DNA of 64,000 nt from Selaginella moellendorffii (taxonomy: Eukaryota; Plantae; Lycopodiophyta): NCBI RefSeq assembly GCF_000143415.4, contig NW_003314264.1:896624-960623 (forward strand), read 5' to 3'. Within the stretch, counting starts at the first letter, position 1, and each line of letters begins with the position of its first letter. Below the pieces are notes generated by a model, which worked only from the letters and a program-made list of their open reading frames with translations, was not told the origin of the DNA and ran no database searches. A program made the translations under genes and the position numbers. Below, piece after piece: positions 11,821-24,688 of the stretch.

Positions 11821-12479
11821 ACAGAACCTTGCTCTAGCCCCATGGCTAGAGCATCCAAAGGCAAAAGGTGGGGAGAGCACCCATGAGGCTCATGTAAGGC
11901 TATAGTGTTCCGAAATGTTATCCCAATGTCCCAAATTGTGGAAAGGAAAAAGGGTAATCCTTTAGTGTAGTGACCAAGGATACGGTCATATAGTGAGGAA
12001 GTTCCAAAGGACAATGGGATTTAGTGGTCAGGCCAATAGGCCTTGACCCAATAGTAATATTGGTGAACACAGCCATGGATAAAAAGGGATTTGGTGGGGA
12101 TTGAAAAAAGGATATTGAGGAAGGTTGTTCCCCATGTCTGCTAAAGATGCTAAGGAGTGGATCTGGGATGATCAGTCATGGATGGATGGCCTAGTCTTTA
12201 GGAGATGAGACTGTGATGTTGGTCATGTTGGATAACTAGTGTGACAAAGGTGAATAGGCAAGGCTTTAGCATAATGGGCTGATATGTTAATAGTACCTTT
12301 GGATGTCGGTCATGGGATTAGATATGTGGAGCACTTGGACCAAGTGCAAAGGTTGAGTAGTATGGATGCCATTTCCAAGGCTAATAAGCCCCAAGTCCTA
12401 AATTGGACTTATAGAGGTTATGAATGAGACTCCTCCAAGTAGTTAAAGATGTGGTTAAGTGATTAAAATAGAATGGAAA

Positions 12480-14300
12480 AATTAATCGCTTACACTTTCC
12501 TTCAGAAATCAAATGTTTAGGACATTTCTTATACAAAAGTCCCAAAAAAAATTCAAATAACAAATGTTATTTTTCATAGCGTATCTATCTTGATTAGGTA
12601 TGGTCCATCTTAAAAGACTTTTACTCCACAAATTTTATTGCCTATCAATCTAGATTCCGGATTGATCCAACATATATTAACCCAATTATTAGCTAGTGTA
12701 TTTCTGCATATGGGTATCCAAGATTTATTATCCTATAATAGGTTTTTTGCCTAAGATTGCATAAAATTTTAGCAATTGTTTAATAGGTAAAATTTTATAA
12801 ATCCTTTGCAAGTTATAATATTTAGGATTTGCATCTAACTTAGATAAGTAAATTATCTCTCTATCTAGGAAAAATCATGGTACTATTTTCTTTTTGTATA
12901 GGTAGCTCTATAGATATAAATTTTGCTTACACTATGTACCTACAAAGTAATCTAAGTGTATTATCACACCTTTTTTTATAATAGTAAAGGTACAAGGAGT
13001 TAAACTTTTGTATACCTTAAACAAAATATTATCAAGTATCTTACTTGATAATTCGTCAAGTTGTTTAAGCAATTTCATTAAATCTATCATTTCTTGGCTT
13101 AGTTGAGCATACAAAATAGTTTAATTTTTTCTTTTTTAAACTTTTGCCTAGTCACATAGAGTGAGGATCAACCAACTTCCAGTCTATAAGCAAAATGTAT
13201 CTTTTGATAGGTGTGGTGGATTGCTAATAAACATTCTTATTTTGTCTATCTTAATTCCCCCAATCAACTTTTATCAGAACTATAGAGGGTTATCAATCTT
13301 CAATCTTTTCACCTATGTGCATAGGAGGATCTTCCCTTTCTACTCATGCTTAATATGATTAAGATTAATTCAATGCAAAGGTCTTTGGTATATAAGAGTC
13401 AATTCTAGAGTAGTTTATTTGTTTCACAATGGTTTTACCCTTTGGCTTACAATCAACCTTGCCCTTACAATTGAAATTAGAAAGAGTGGTTTATTATTCT
13501 TGGCAAATTTTAGGCAAACCTCTTTTAAATAGATCAACATTAGGGATTAATTTGAACAGGGCGTGGAGATTATTCTGTGAAATTACTCTGCGAAATTAAT
13601 ATAAAGGTTAAATTATCTAGCACATGATAGCTTATTCTAGATCAATTTTCTTGTGGAATGACGTTAGGTAGTATTTCAAACATATAATAACTAATTCATG
13701 GAAGACTTTATTTTATATCTAGATAAAAATTGTTTTTCAAGGCAAATTTCTCTCTAACCTCTTCACCAACAAGTAGTAATGGTCAATACAAATCTCTACT
13801 AAATCTTGTATGATAAATTCTTGAGCTTTAAAATAAATTTCAAAATTTTTGGAAGTATATATAACTATTTCACCTTTTTAGACAAAACCCCTCTAAACTT
13901 ATTCTATTTTTTTAGAGATTAAAGTGATGGTAGTAGTGTCTCCAAAACTGATGCCTAAACCTAATAGCAAACTCTATAACTTTTTATTCTGCTTTTATGG
14001 TGTGAAGCTTCTCATGTGCTTCGTCTAACAAAATTTTATTAGTGTATATAGTGATTTATGCATTCCAAATGTAGGTGGAAATTGAGTTATAACTCTTACT
14101 AGAGTACTTGTATAATTTTGCCTATATTGAAAATATTCACTCTCTTATATGAAGACATACATACAACTATGGATTATATCTCATAAATGATGGTCCACAC
14201 CTTGCAAAGGGTGTTTCACTAGTGAGTGTTACCCCTATCAATTGAGCGTCACTCAACTAGTTTGAAGGGTAAATTTTCACACTTATTTATTTGTATATTT
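12480..14300 (-). mobile_element. Heavily decayed Ty1/copia pol remnant
   Basis: The minus strand gives traces of copia RT motifs (ARLIV...KG...IDSY..KTFA near 13375-13470; YPYAE...LIY near 12660-12720) broken by stops and frameshifts. Confidence 0.45.
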
Positions 14301-15294
14301 GCTCTTTGTGTATGCCTCATTACAGGGGATATAAGGCATGTTTCATGTGATTGCCCTTGATTCCTTTTTATGGGGCTAGATGTGATATAAGTGCTCTCAA
14401 AATCTATAAAAAAAGTGACACCTTTCACACTAAGCAATGTTTGTAATCTCAAATGTTTGAGTAAGCTCTTTATATGTAGGAGATAAGCCTTGACTAATTC
14501 ACTTAGTTATACTAGGCATAGAGTGGTTCAAATAGTTAGAGTGGTTTCTAATAATCACTTTCAAATTTTTGATTCATGAGTCTTATTCAAGTCTCATAAA
14601 ATCCTGCAATATGCATAGAAGACTTAAACTTTGGACAAATCTACTTTTAAACCATGTTTAAATAGTTGTCCAAACTAAAGAAGCTTGGATTAAAGCCTTG
14701 AATCAACATAATGTTCTAAGGGTATACTCCTTACTTCTAAGATCTCTTTAGCACCAATGCCATCACCATAACCTAGATTTCTCAAGAATTTGCTCTAAAA
14801 CCCCAAAAAAAACCAAAGAACCAATAATCCTTCTCAATAGAGTTGCCAAATGTTGAAAAAAGGAGCCTCTCAATGGTGGGGAGAATATTATTATATTATA
14901 AAATCCAGCTTAAACATCTCTTTTGTATGAATTCCTTGCCATAGAAAATGGGGAAGAAGGGGAATATACTTTGTGCCCTAGCATCTCTTTATGCCCTAAG
15001 AATATTCTGATAGTGGAATATTCTAAGGCTTAAAGCTCTATACCCTTCTAAAATTAATGTTTTGGCTTTACATTAGATTTGGAAGATGATTGAAAAAAAG
15101 TGTTAGTGCAATATAGATATTCGAAAATATAGTTTTTGTGATCAAGTTTTATGTGTTCATTTTGCATTTTGCAAATGTCAATATTATATATATGGGCATA
15201 ATATTCAACACTTAGGTCATGAGAATTTATGTTAAAGTGAACTTATGTAAAGTTGGTCATGAGAATTTATGTTAAGGTGAACTTATGTAAAGTT

Positions 15295-15890
15295 GTAGGT
15301 AGAAGAAAGTTAGTTGAGTCTTAAAAAAATTACATTTCTAGAATGAAAGTCATTCTTTTTTAAGATGGAAATTTTTCTACAAAATTTCTAAGGCTTTTGC
15401 AATGGTTGATATATTAATTATTTTGCCACTCAATTCATTTTTGTGTACTATTGCAAATTAGTGAAGGGGTTAGAGTTGACTTCGATTACTTTAGATCTTA
15501 GTAGATAGTTTATATAATGTGGCCTAAAAAGCATGTTAACTTTTGGGGCTAAAGTAACAACTAGAATGAGTCTAAAGTTAACATAGAAGGGTGGATATTT
15601 TTCTTTTCTAGTGTAGTGCACCCTAGGCTATATTTAATCCATAGTGTTGAATTGTATTGAGTCTTGGACATGATGATTCACTCTTTGGTGATTTATTATC
15701 TGTAGCTGAGTATTATTAAAGGATTAATCTTAAATATTGAATAAAGTATCTTTAACATTGTTTAATTTGGTTGCTATAGAGTTTTGAGTGGTGATTCGCT
15801 CTTGCTTTCTTTTAACTTTGTTTTAGTGTTGATTATATTGAAATGATACCTTGATATTGACATTATTGATGTTGGGAATGGAGTGAAATA
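15295..15890 (+). mobile_element. Old internally deleted fragment of the family-B LTR element interior
   Basis: Collinear with 55365-55660 (e.g. TAGTGAAGGGGTTAGAGTTGACTTCG) and then 56350-56620 (GAGTTTTGAGTGGTGATTC). Confidence 0.75.
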
Positions 15891-16139
15891 AAATAATTCT
15901 CCATATGCATATTGCAGAAGTTATATTTTCCATCTATAATGGTTTAGATAATTGAGGATTAATTGTGCATATTGGAGATTAACATTTTGTTTCACTAGTC
16001 TTGATAAAAATGGTGTTGATAGTTTAGATATAAGTTCACACAACATCTTAATGTGTAGCGAGATAAACTTTTCATTGAAAAGCTTCCTCTTCTGCAAAAT
16101 AAAAAGAAAGATCTCAAGTCATGAAACCATGACAATAAT

Positions 16140-16445
16140 ATGACCTTATCTGACCAGGAAGCAGCAGTACATACTTGAGAAGCAATTGGGATAAACTTGA
16201 CTTGTCCCTAGGACAGCATCCATTTAGCAAGACCTTGATGTGCATTCCACCTAGTTGCACTGCAGCCTATGAAGAGAAACTTTGCCATGAAAGATGCCCA
16301 ATGTGGGCATATGCAATCACCATTGTAGTCCAGGTCACCATGTCCCTCTTCTATAGAGAATCAAAGGTTTTTCTATCCTTAGCAACACAATTCATTGCAA
16401 AAGGCTTATAACAAGATTTTCCATAATAAGACATTGGGATCCTGA
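16140..16445 (-). pseudogene. PLS-class PPR remnant
   Basis: Minus-strand translation PNVLLWKILL*AFA...FDSL*KRDMVTWTTMVIAYAHIGHL, with in-frame stops. Confidence 0.7.
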
Positions 16446-17448
16446 ATTGAGTGAAAGACCTTGATTGCCTCCACTCTTAACTTTACGAGTTAAAGATTTT
16501 AGTCTAAAAGTGTTATATTCATTACTTTAGCCACTATGTTATAGATCATTTTCAGCTCCACTTTAGGATATCTTACAATTATGTTTTTTTTTTCATACAT
16601 AAAAACAGCATTTTAAATTCACAAGTCCAACCATAATAAAAATAATTATTTTTTGATGATGAATTATCACATTCTTTTTCAAAATATCGATTTAAAATAA
16701 AATATAAAAGCATTTCATAAAATTTAAATATCATAATATCTGACTTTATATTTTTACTTAATTTTTAAATAATATATTTTAAAAGTAACATTGAGTCTTC
16801 TATTCATATATGTGTTAGTGTGCATAGAGAAGAACTTCATCTGTGTGGAGTCCACGATGGCTCTACACATAAATAACCTTGTGGAGAAACAATCATAATT
16901 GCATCATCAATAATTTGTGGATGATACTCATAGATAGCACACATAAACATTACAATAATCCTAATCAACTCAAATGTATTAAGTCCACTCAAGTCAACAG
17001 CATAAAGTCTCTCTCCTTAAAACCATCATAATGGTTTACATGACCAAAATGTTTGTTTAGAAGAAAACCAGATTTAGAAGAAAGTATTATTTTAGGTTAT
17101 TTTATAAGTAGGATAAATCTGACTGAATGATTTGGCTGTTACAAGCTGCAGAAGAAGACATCCAAACCTAGATATTGTATGAATCTTAGTGCTTATTTTC
17201 AATGGAAAATAATTCAAGCTACTTATATATTTATATTAAATCTACAAAATGGAAATTAGACTTTAGTGTGAGTCTTTATAATAGTTGTGTATATCCAGTA
17301 GTGTCCTTTAAACATATATACTACTGATAGCTCACTGATATGACATTGATAATGACATCATAGTAATACTATGAAAGAAGATTGTCATTACTTCAGAAGC
17401 TTCATTTCTTAGAATTTAATACTATTTTTATTATAGAAATTAACATAA

Positions 17449-17901
17449 TTAAATATTAATATCACATGAAAAGAGAACCATCAATGATTTTGTATATGCG
17501 TCTAACTCTAATAGCTCATCTCTTGAATGCTCCACTCGTAAGCACATTGACCCATCATGTAGTCTAACAACACCTCCTGAGTCATTATTTACAAGACATA
17601 TATTCCATATGTTCATTGTAGCTTCTAGAAAGTCATTAAATGTTAATCCATGATATTGCCTAACCACAAAGAAACAACCTAAACTTCCAACTTGGGCAGT
17701 ATAAATACCTGGTGTAAAGCTAAATGCAAAATTATACCACACTTGGCTTATACATGAACAATAGCTATCATAATTTGTTCTTATGTGAAATGTGGTAATG
17801 CAATTTTGAAAGGATCCAACAGAGTAACAGTGAGTCTCTTTCCAATAAGTGAAAATAATCATAACAGTAAGCATAATTATAAGAGATAAATTAAATTTCA
17901 T
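17449..17901 (-). CDS. Small secreted cysteine-containing protein of unknown family, 150 aa (copy 3, intact)
   Basis: Intronless ORF with a signal-peptide-like N-terminus ending KETHC. Shares the motifs FQxC, YCxC, PGIYTAxVGSLGCF, IWxICL, GGVVxL, RVEHSRDELL and C-terminal CD with 2925-3374. Confidence 0.88.
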   Translation of the reverse strand: MKFNLSLIIMLTVMIIFTYWKETHCYSVGSFQNCITTFHIRTNYDSYCSCISQVWYNFAFSFTPGIYTAQVGSLGCFFVVRQYHGLTFNDFLEATMNIWNICLVNNDSGGVVRLHDGSMCLRVEHSRDELLELDAYTKSLMVLFSCDINI

Positions 17902-20316
17902 AGCTGTAAAAATGATTGAAGCTTATAGCTATAAAAATGACCAAAACTTAAAATTATTAAAGCTTATAAATTCTAAGAAATAAGACAAAGTTGTTGACAA
18001 AGTTATATCATGATTCAAAAAGTTTTTTTTTTCTACTCTATTTTTGTTTCTTCCTTTCCCTTTCTATTTTTAAATTTTTTTAAATACTTCAGCATCACTA
18101 ATTGTGATATTTTGAGTCCTATATTGCAAATTTTTTGTCAAAAGTAGATGATATCTAGATTTTATAAGACTTTACATATTGTGAGCTTGTTGGTATTTGA
18201 TAATAGCTCTATTTTGGAACAGTAGTAGCTTGATAAAACTGAATTAGAGCATTATCAATCATAAAGTAAAATATTTATTAGAGAGTTAAGAAGAAAGAAG
18301 TGAATATATTCATTTCACATAACTATATATAACACAAAATCATGTTATTTGCTAAGCTTTCCAATAGAAGTGTGTAACACTTATTCTAAACGGTCCTCAT
18401 TTTTAACATGAAAAAGAGTCTCCTTCATAAAGAGTTTTAAAAGAGTTTTTTTTCCAAGATACAATTCTATTTGAGAAAGTTTGTATGAGTTGAGAAAATG
18501 AAGCAAACAAAGACCTTAGTTGGCCTTATAATGAGGCCTAGATTTACTCTTGTCTTGTAGAACCCTTATAATTTTTCTCTCAATGTAATCCCTTGTATTA
18601 GTGCGTGTAATTTTGATTATATGAAATCCACATACTCAAGTATATTTATTAGGTTTTATTCATGTAAGATACATCTTCACTCATCAGTCATAATACTATA
18701 GAGGCTAAAGCCTTTAGGTAATGCTTTGTTTAGTTTTCAAAATGGTGCTTTTTTATTTTTATTTCTTCATTCTTTTTTAGATCTAGATCTATGTTAGTTT
18801 TTCACCAAATCTAGAATTGTAGTTATTAGATTAGTTTTTCCTTTTCAATCTCTATGACATTCTCTTCTTCTACCATGTTATGCCATTATTGATGAAGAAG
18901 TATTGTCATTTGATGTTGCTATTGTTGTTCCATTGAATTAAGCTTTTGGTGTTATAGGGCATAATCATATTAGTGTTACACCCATTCTTCATGTGTTGCC
19001 ATGACCAACTTCCATGGGACTTGATTATATAGTGTTATTCACCTCTTGCTAATATGGAGTGTGATTGTGACATCAATTAGAGAATTATAGATAATGCAAT
19101 TCAGTTTTTGGAGAATGTTCAAAGATCAAGCTTATGGGAAGATGATGTATATAATTTAATGGATTCTTGACAATGATGGGAAATTTGATTACTTTAGAAA
19201 TAACTATGAGGACAAATTATAGATTTTGCAAAGTAGATGTCAATCCTTCAATCTATCATATAATCTTTTTTTATTGCCTTCTACTCTTTTGCAACCTTTT
19301 TTTATATCCTAGCTTGAACCACTTCCTTATGTTTTTTTTATTTTTTCCTTATTTGTAACATTTTTTTCTCCTTGTATGTTGATAATTTGTGACTCTTATA
19401 TTTCTCATTCTTAATCTGGTGTTGAATTTAGTGTTTCTATTGTCCTTATACTAATTTGAATACTAAACATATATGTGAAGCAACAGAATTTGTTTTGTTT
19501 TGTTAGTAAAGTCTTTGATCAATTCTCATATTGAGTATTCCTTTGTTCCAAGGGTTGAGTCACTTTTGCCAAAGTTTCAAACTAAGTATATTTCTTTGGT
19601 TATGAGTGCTATTGAATCTCTTTACCTTACCACTGCTACTAAGGAATTTTTTAATTAATTTTCTTATCTCAAATATTAAATTGTGTGTTGAAGAAGTTGA
19701 GCAATAAAAGTCTTTTCCTTATCTTCTAGTGGCTAAAATATTTTATAACATAATATCCCTTATCCAACCTTTCTACTTGGATGGAGTCTCTTATAATAGT
19801 AGATTCTTTATTATCTAAGCTTTATACACATTTCCTTCTTCTTATTTCCCTATTTTCCCATTGACAATAGCTAAAAATTACTCTTTTGATATTTCTTTAT
19901 CCACTTTTTCTTCTTCTATAACATTTCTTCCTTAATATTTTTAATTTTCTCTTCTTTGCTCTGACATTTTAAACTTTTTTTTCTTCAGAGGAAGGGGTAG
20001 AGGGGACAAATAAAAGTCTAACCCCAATGATGGAGTAAGGACAAGCAAATGTGACAGTTAAACAAGGATAAATGATATGGATTGTGGAGTGAGGATTTAT
20101 AATAAATCTGAAGTATATAAAAACATCTAACCCAATGTAGTGAGGCCAAAAAAATGTGATAGTGAAATATAAATTGTAAAGTAAGGATAAGCATAGTAAA
20201 TATAAATAAAGCCAATGCTTCAAAACTTTTTCTCTATTTTTTTCTTAGGGTTAAGGAGGATATGGAGAACAAACGAAGTGAGTCTAACCTCCTATATGCA
20301 ATGCTAAATGAAAATT

Positions 20317-20520
20317 GAAAACTCTTGAATTTAAAATTTTTGAGATTCAAATTTAAAGACACTTAACCCCAAGTATCCCAAGACCTTAACTAATTAAAAA
20401 AAGGGTGAATTAAACCCTTTTCCTCTATATTTAAACTTCTATATATCATCTTTTAAGTTATTTTCTAAGACTCTTAACTAATTAGAAAAGGGGGTGCATT
20501 ATTGTTCATGGGTCCTTTAT
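20317..20520 (-). mobile_element. Degenerate fragment of the Cassandra-like LTR
   Basis: CTTAACCCCAAGTATCCCAAGACCTTAAC and GAAAAGGGGGTGCATTATTGTTCATGGG match the LTRs at 8822-9414. Confidence 0.7.
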
Positions 20521-21351
20521 AATCACCTAATAGATATCTAGCTTATTGTCATCACCTTTTCATCTTCTGAAAGGGAAAATGCTTTTATATATATTATAAT
20601 AAACAAAGGCTTGCAGCCATCAAATCATAGGCCTAGGAGAGGATCAGTATATGGTCAAAAGAAATTTTTTATAAATGTTATACTTGGCCAATAGAAGACT
20701 AGTACATTGGCTAAGAGGACAAATGCAATTGATTAGATTGTATAGTTTTGGGGCGTTTTTTTCTATTGACCTTGAGGAGTCACTACTAGGATCATAAATT
20801 GTCATCATACTCTGCCTCCACTTCAGGTTTGATAATAAGCTTGGACTTTCTCTCTGGATTAATCTAAGCAAACAGTAATCACCAACTCTAGCCACTAGTG
20901 GAATTCAAGGCAAGCATGCCCTTGTGCACAAGGATTTTGTACACAAGCCCAAGCAGCTTCCTCTCTATTTCCAGTGAAGACTGTAGAAAAATAGTCCTTG
21001 AATTGTTTTTAAACAGGAGTTTAACATCTTTACCAAGTATTTGTTTTAAATTTTAGTACACTCTGCATTCCCAGTCAGATTTCTCTAGCAGCATCTCTTG
21101 GACATTCCAGCCTTAGAAGCAAGCCACGATCCTAAGCCATGCTCAGCAACTTCAGTAAGTTTATACTTTTTAGAGCTAGGAACAAAGACAAAAAGTTGTT
21201 AGGGTGTGGTCATGGCTGTATTGGGAGCTCAACAGTGAAAGAAGGTGGGGGAAGGAAGCAGCTTGATTTTGCACCATCAATGAGCAGCCATTTTAGCTTC
21301 TGTTTATTCTCTTTAATGATCAAAGATGGAGTAGGAGAATTAGTATCGAAG

Positions 21352-22495
21352 TGTCGCGAATGTGACTTCAGGTATCGAAAGTTATCTGTCGGCTAGTCCT
21401 TATGGACACTCTTACCTTACTGCCATGACGGCAGGAGGTCAGTACTGCTGGTTCCCTTTATTGGCCCCTCTTGTCCAAGTGTTACTAAACTAGACTTAGC
21501 ATCTGTACTTGGCCGGATGAGCATAAGGACGGAATTCCTAAGTGTCTATTTGGCCAAGCATACTTGGCCTGGCTTTTTAGTTCTCTTTTGCTCTGTCTTG
21601 CACTGGCTTGGCAAGAACTCTCGCGTATTGAGACTAGTCCCTCAATATCGCTATATGATAGCTTACCGTGTCTGCCAAACACCCTTGCTATCAACCCTTT
21701 GTGTTAGTCTCAATTCATCCCAGATGCTATTTATGGAAAGTGTCCAGATTTGCTCATTTGGCATATTTGCGGAATGTAGAGATTGTCCTAAACACAATGG
21801 TGTTCGTCCCATGTCCAAATTCGCAATCTAGGGACATTCCACATTTAGTAAGTTTTGAGCTTGTCCCAGATACTAACTCCAGATACTAAGGGAGGCTTGG
21901 GGTGAAAGCCCAAAGCGTGTGTTCCTCAAGGGGGGGGGGCTATGGGGGGTTCCAAATGTATAGTAGGGATAGTGGGTAAATCGGGCATGGCTGACCAACC
22001 TGAGGCATAGTGTAGCTCCCGCTTGCATGCTTGTCTTTGTTTTGCGTCCGGCTTGGGTCTAAGCCCAAGTTCCATTCCATGCTAGTTGGTGGAGTACACA
22101 TATCCTCGTGTTAGGCCACCGGTATGCCGAAATAGCACCAGACTCCATTTGGCTCCGTTTTGCGTGCTAGTCCTGGCATTGGGATGCTGGTTACTCTAGG
22201 ATTGTTCCAAGTCGCTCCGGGCTCCTGTCCCTTCGCTCCTTGGGTTGTATGCTCCGGAGTTGCTCAGTGGTTCAGTTCCATCACTCCTTGGCTCCATGCT
22301 TGGGAGTTTGGCACCGTTCCTTCGTTCAGTGGCCCAAGGCCCTGAACCTTGGGTTCCACACCACTGTCCTTTGGACACGTGGCATGTGACACGTGGCATC
22401 TGTCATGTGGCACAAAGAGGGTTTAGGTTCCGCTTCGTGGTATTATCCTATGGTAAATCACCATAAGATAAAGGGTAAAAACCACGTCCGCTACA
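21352..22495 (+). mobile_element. Solo LTR of family B (~1.14 kb)
   Basis: TGTCGCGAATGTGACTTCAGG...CCACGTCCGCTACA aligns over its full length with 52872-54022. No PBS or PPT in the flanks; flanks read ..TCGAAG|LTR|TTCGAAG.. Confidence 0.9.
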
Positions 22496-23325
22496 TTCGA
22501 AGCTTCCTGACAACAAAGCTTTGATGAACTTGATATTGGGTATAATAAGTGAACTTTTTATTTCAATTTCAATTTTGGATATATTATCATATTTAGATTA
22601 ATCTTGTGTTTATAAATTTGAAATAATTTCATCTATTTATAATTTTCCCACCAAGTATATTCTAACATATTCCACCATTTGGCATAGTATTCTCTGATTC
22701 ATGATCTTAAGCATCCCTGGCGCCGGAATCAGACGCTTCTCTTCGATTTCCATGGCAATGTCGTCTCCAGAAGGAAATCTCACAGTATTGTGTTCGGGAT
22801 CCAGGAATCCGGGGCCCGGGATCACGGTAGAGCCTTCGTCCGTCAGGATTGCGAGGAAGAATGTCAAGGACAAGGAATTAAATATAGCTTAGATTCTCCC
22901 CAAATTGATTTTCAATTGGATCCTTATGTCATCCCAAAGTTTGTTTGTGTGCCAACTGCGTAAAGTTCTATGGGGTAGAGTTGCCTTGAAGAGAGTCCCC
23001 CGATCGATCCTTCCTCGAGCCCAGCACACCCTGTACCAAGCTCCTTCCTTCCGTGCGCTGGGTAGTCAGCATCCGCCTGGAGCTTTGTAGCACCTGCGCC
23101 CTAGCTGTTGCTCGAGTATGATCGAAGGCGCCTAAAGCGTGATCAGCTAAGTGCTCAAGCAGCTGAATACCTACTCAATAATAGCGCAAGCGCAGCAATT
23201 TTGAAAGGTTCATTAAAAATTGAAATATAAATTTATAAACCTAAGTTGGACGAAATTACTCCTCAAACTTTTATTCAAATAATATATACTAAGTACTTCT
23301 AATTTGTAAATGCCTTCATTTTTAC

Positions 23326-24688
23326 TCAGCAGGAGCACTTAATACACGACTTTGCTTCAGGAACACCAGATGCTGGAGGAACTGCGTAAGGGACTTGGCA
23401 TTGCTTCACACACGGTTTAGCCTCTTGGAGGATTAGTGCCGGCCGGGTGGACTCCGATCCAAATCCATCGCCAAGAGAACTAAAGTTTTGGATCGCCACT
23501 TCTTCCGACAGAAGCTCATCGCTGTCAAACTCTCCCAAGATACCCCCGGACGGCCATGAACCGGCATCAAATGCGTGGCTCCTGTTCTGGACGGCTCTCT
23601 TTCTCAGCACGAAGACGTTGAAGAAGTAGTCTACCAAATCTTCCCGACTCCTCCTTCCAGCAAAAGAAGCTTGGAGCTCGGGCCAGAGCTTGTCTCCTTG
23701 GCAGCACTCCTTCACAATCGCAGTAAACTCGGCCTCCTCTTGCCTGCTCCACTTGGCTGACTCCACCAAACTCTCTCCCATTTTGTTGAATCCCCACTCC
23801 CGGAAAACTTCCTCTCCAAGCTCGAGCTTCAGCTTCCTACGTTGCTCCTCGATCCGCCGCTTCACACATGATCCTCCCTCCACGCAAATACTATTACTAC
23901 TACTACCAGTGCCGACTTCCTTCCCTTGCGGCCACACTACTCTACCGGAAAAGAGCGTCGAATCCTCGTCACTCCCAGTCACAACGGCAGGAACTTGAGC
24001 TTGGAAGTTGGGTCCTATGCGGATAGAAACTTTCTTGGTCGTCGGGAGCGATAAGAGCTGGCCATTTTCGTGCCTGTAGGAACGAAGGCTGTACTTGGAA
24101 GTTATGGAACTCACTCCTCGCCGTCCTGGTCGCTGTATACTCACGTAAGTGAGAGAGCCGAATGATCATACTCTAACCTATACACTATACCTCTACATGG
24201 TGGTGATGGTGTTGTTCTTCTTCCTCTTTCCTCCGGAGGCCGCCCAAGACCCTCTTCACAGTTGCTCGAAACTCACCATTCTCTGGAGCGCTGTGCGTGG
24301 CATTCCCTGGATCCAGAGCCAATCTTCTCAGATAGGAGAGAGCCTCTGGAAGAGCAGCGGTGGATGCGAGTGAAGAAGCCTCCACATTTTTGGTGGCATT
24401 TGCATTGAAGATGTGGCCACTCTCCAAGCTCTTGAGGTATTTGAGATAGACGAGCTTGACGCTGGGGCCGCAATGCGGGGGTAAGCCCATGGAGGTGGCC
24501 ACAGTGCCCCACTTCCTGGCACCACTGGCCTTGGTGTACCCACCAAAATCTTTCACCTTGGCGAGGAGGAGAGGGAGGTCTACCTGGGTGCCGCCAATCA
24601 GGACTGTGAGTGGCCTCTCCCCTGGAGATCCTCTGGCTTGGAGGGCTCTTCCCACCAGCTTCACAACTCTATCACCTGTTATCGCCAT
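23326..24688 (-). CDS. ARID + ELM2/SANT-like domain protein (plant ARID1/ARID2-like); 2 exons (24688-24191, 24132-23326)
   Basis: ARID motif VDLPLLLAKVKDFGGYTKASGARKWGTVATSMGL...LVYLKYLKSLE; ELM2-like IRIGPNFQAQVP; C-terminal WSRQEEAEF...LVDYFFNVFVLRKRAVQNR. A 58-bp GT-AG intron (24133-24190) joins the frames in phase 0. The start codon is tentative. Confidence 0.88.

Noticed and set aside
15215-15295. 40-bp tandem duplication (also a ~27-bp repeat at 25200-25285); checked as a possible CRISPR-like array
   Set aside because: Only two units each, in a eukaryotic context; ordinary local duplications.
21485-22466. Recurrent ORFs in family-B LTR copies (also 53616-54078, 59364-59741)
   Set aside because: They recur only because the LTR is repeated; starts, stops and frames are not conserved between copies.
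22637-23100. GC-rich stretch with short ORFs; similar gene-like scraps at 20640-21350, 29380-29800, 33640-34430 and 45540-45960
   Set aside because: They may be gene fragments, but I recognised no motif; BLASTx would be needed to call them.
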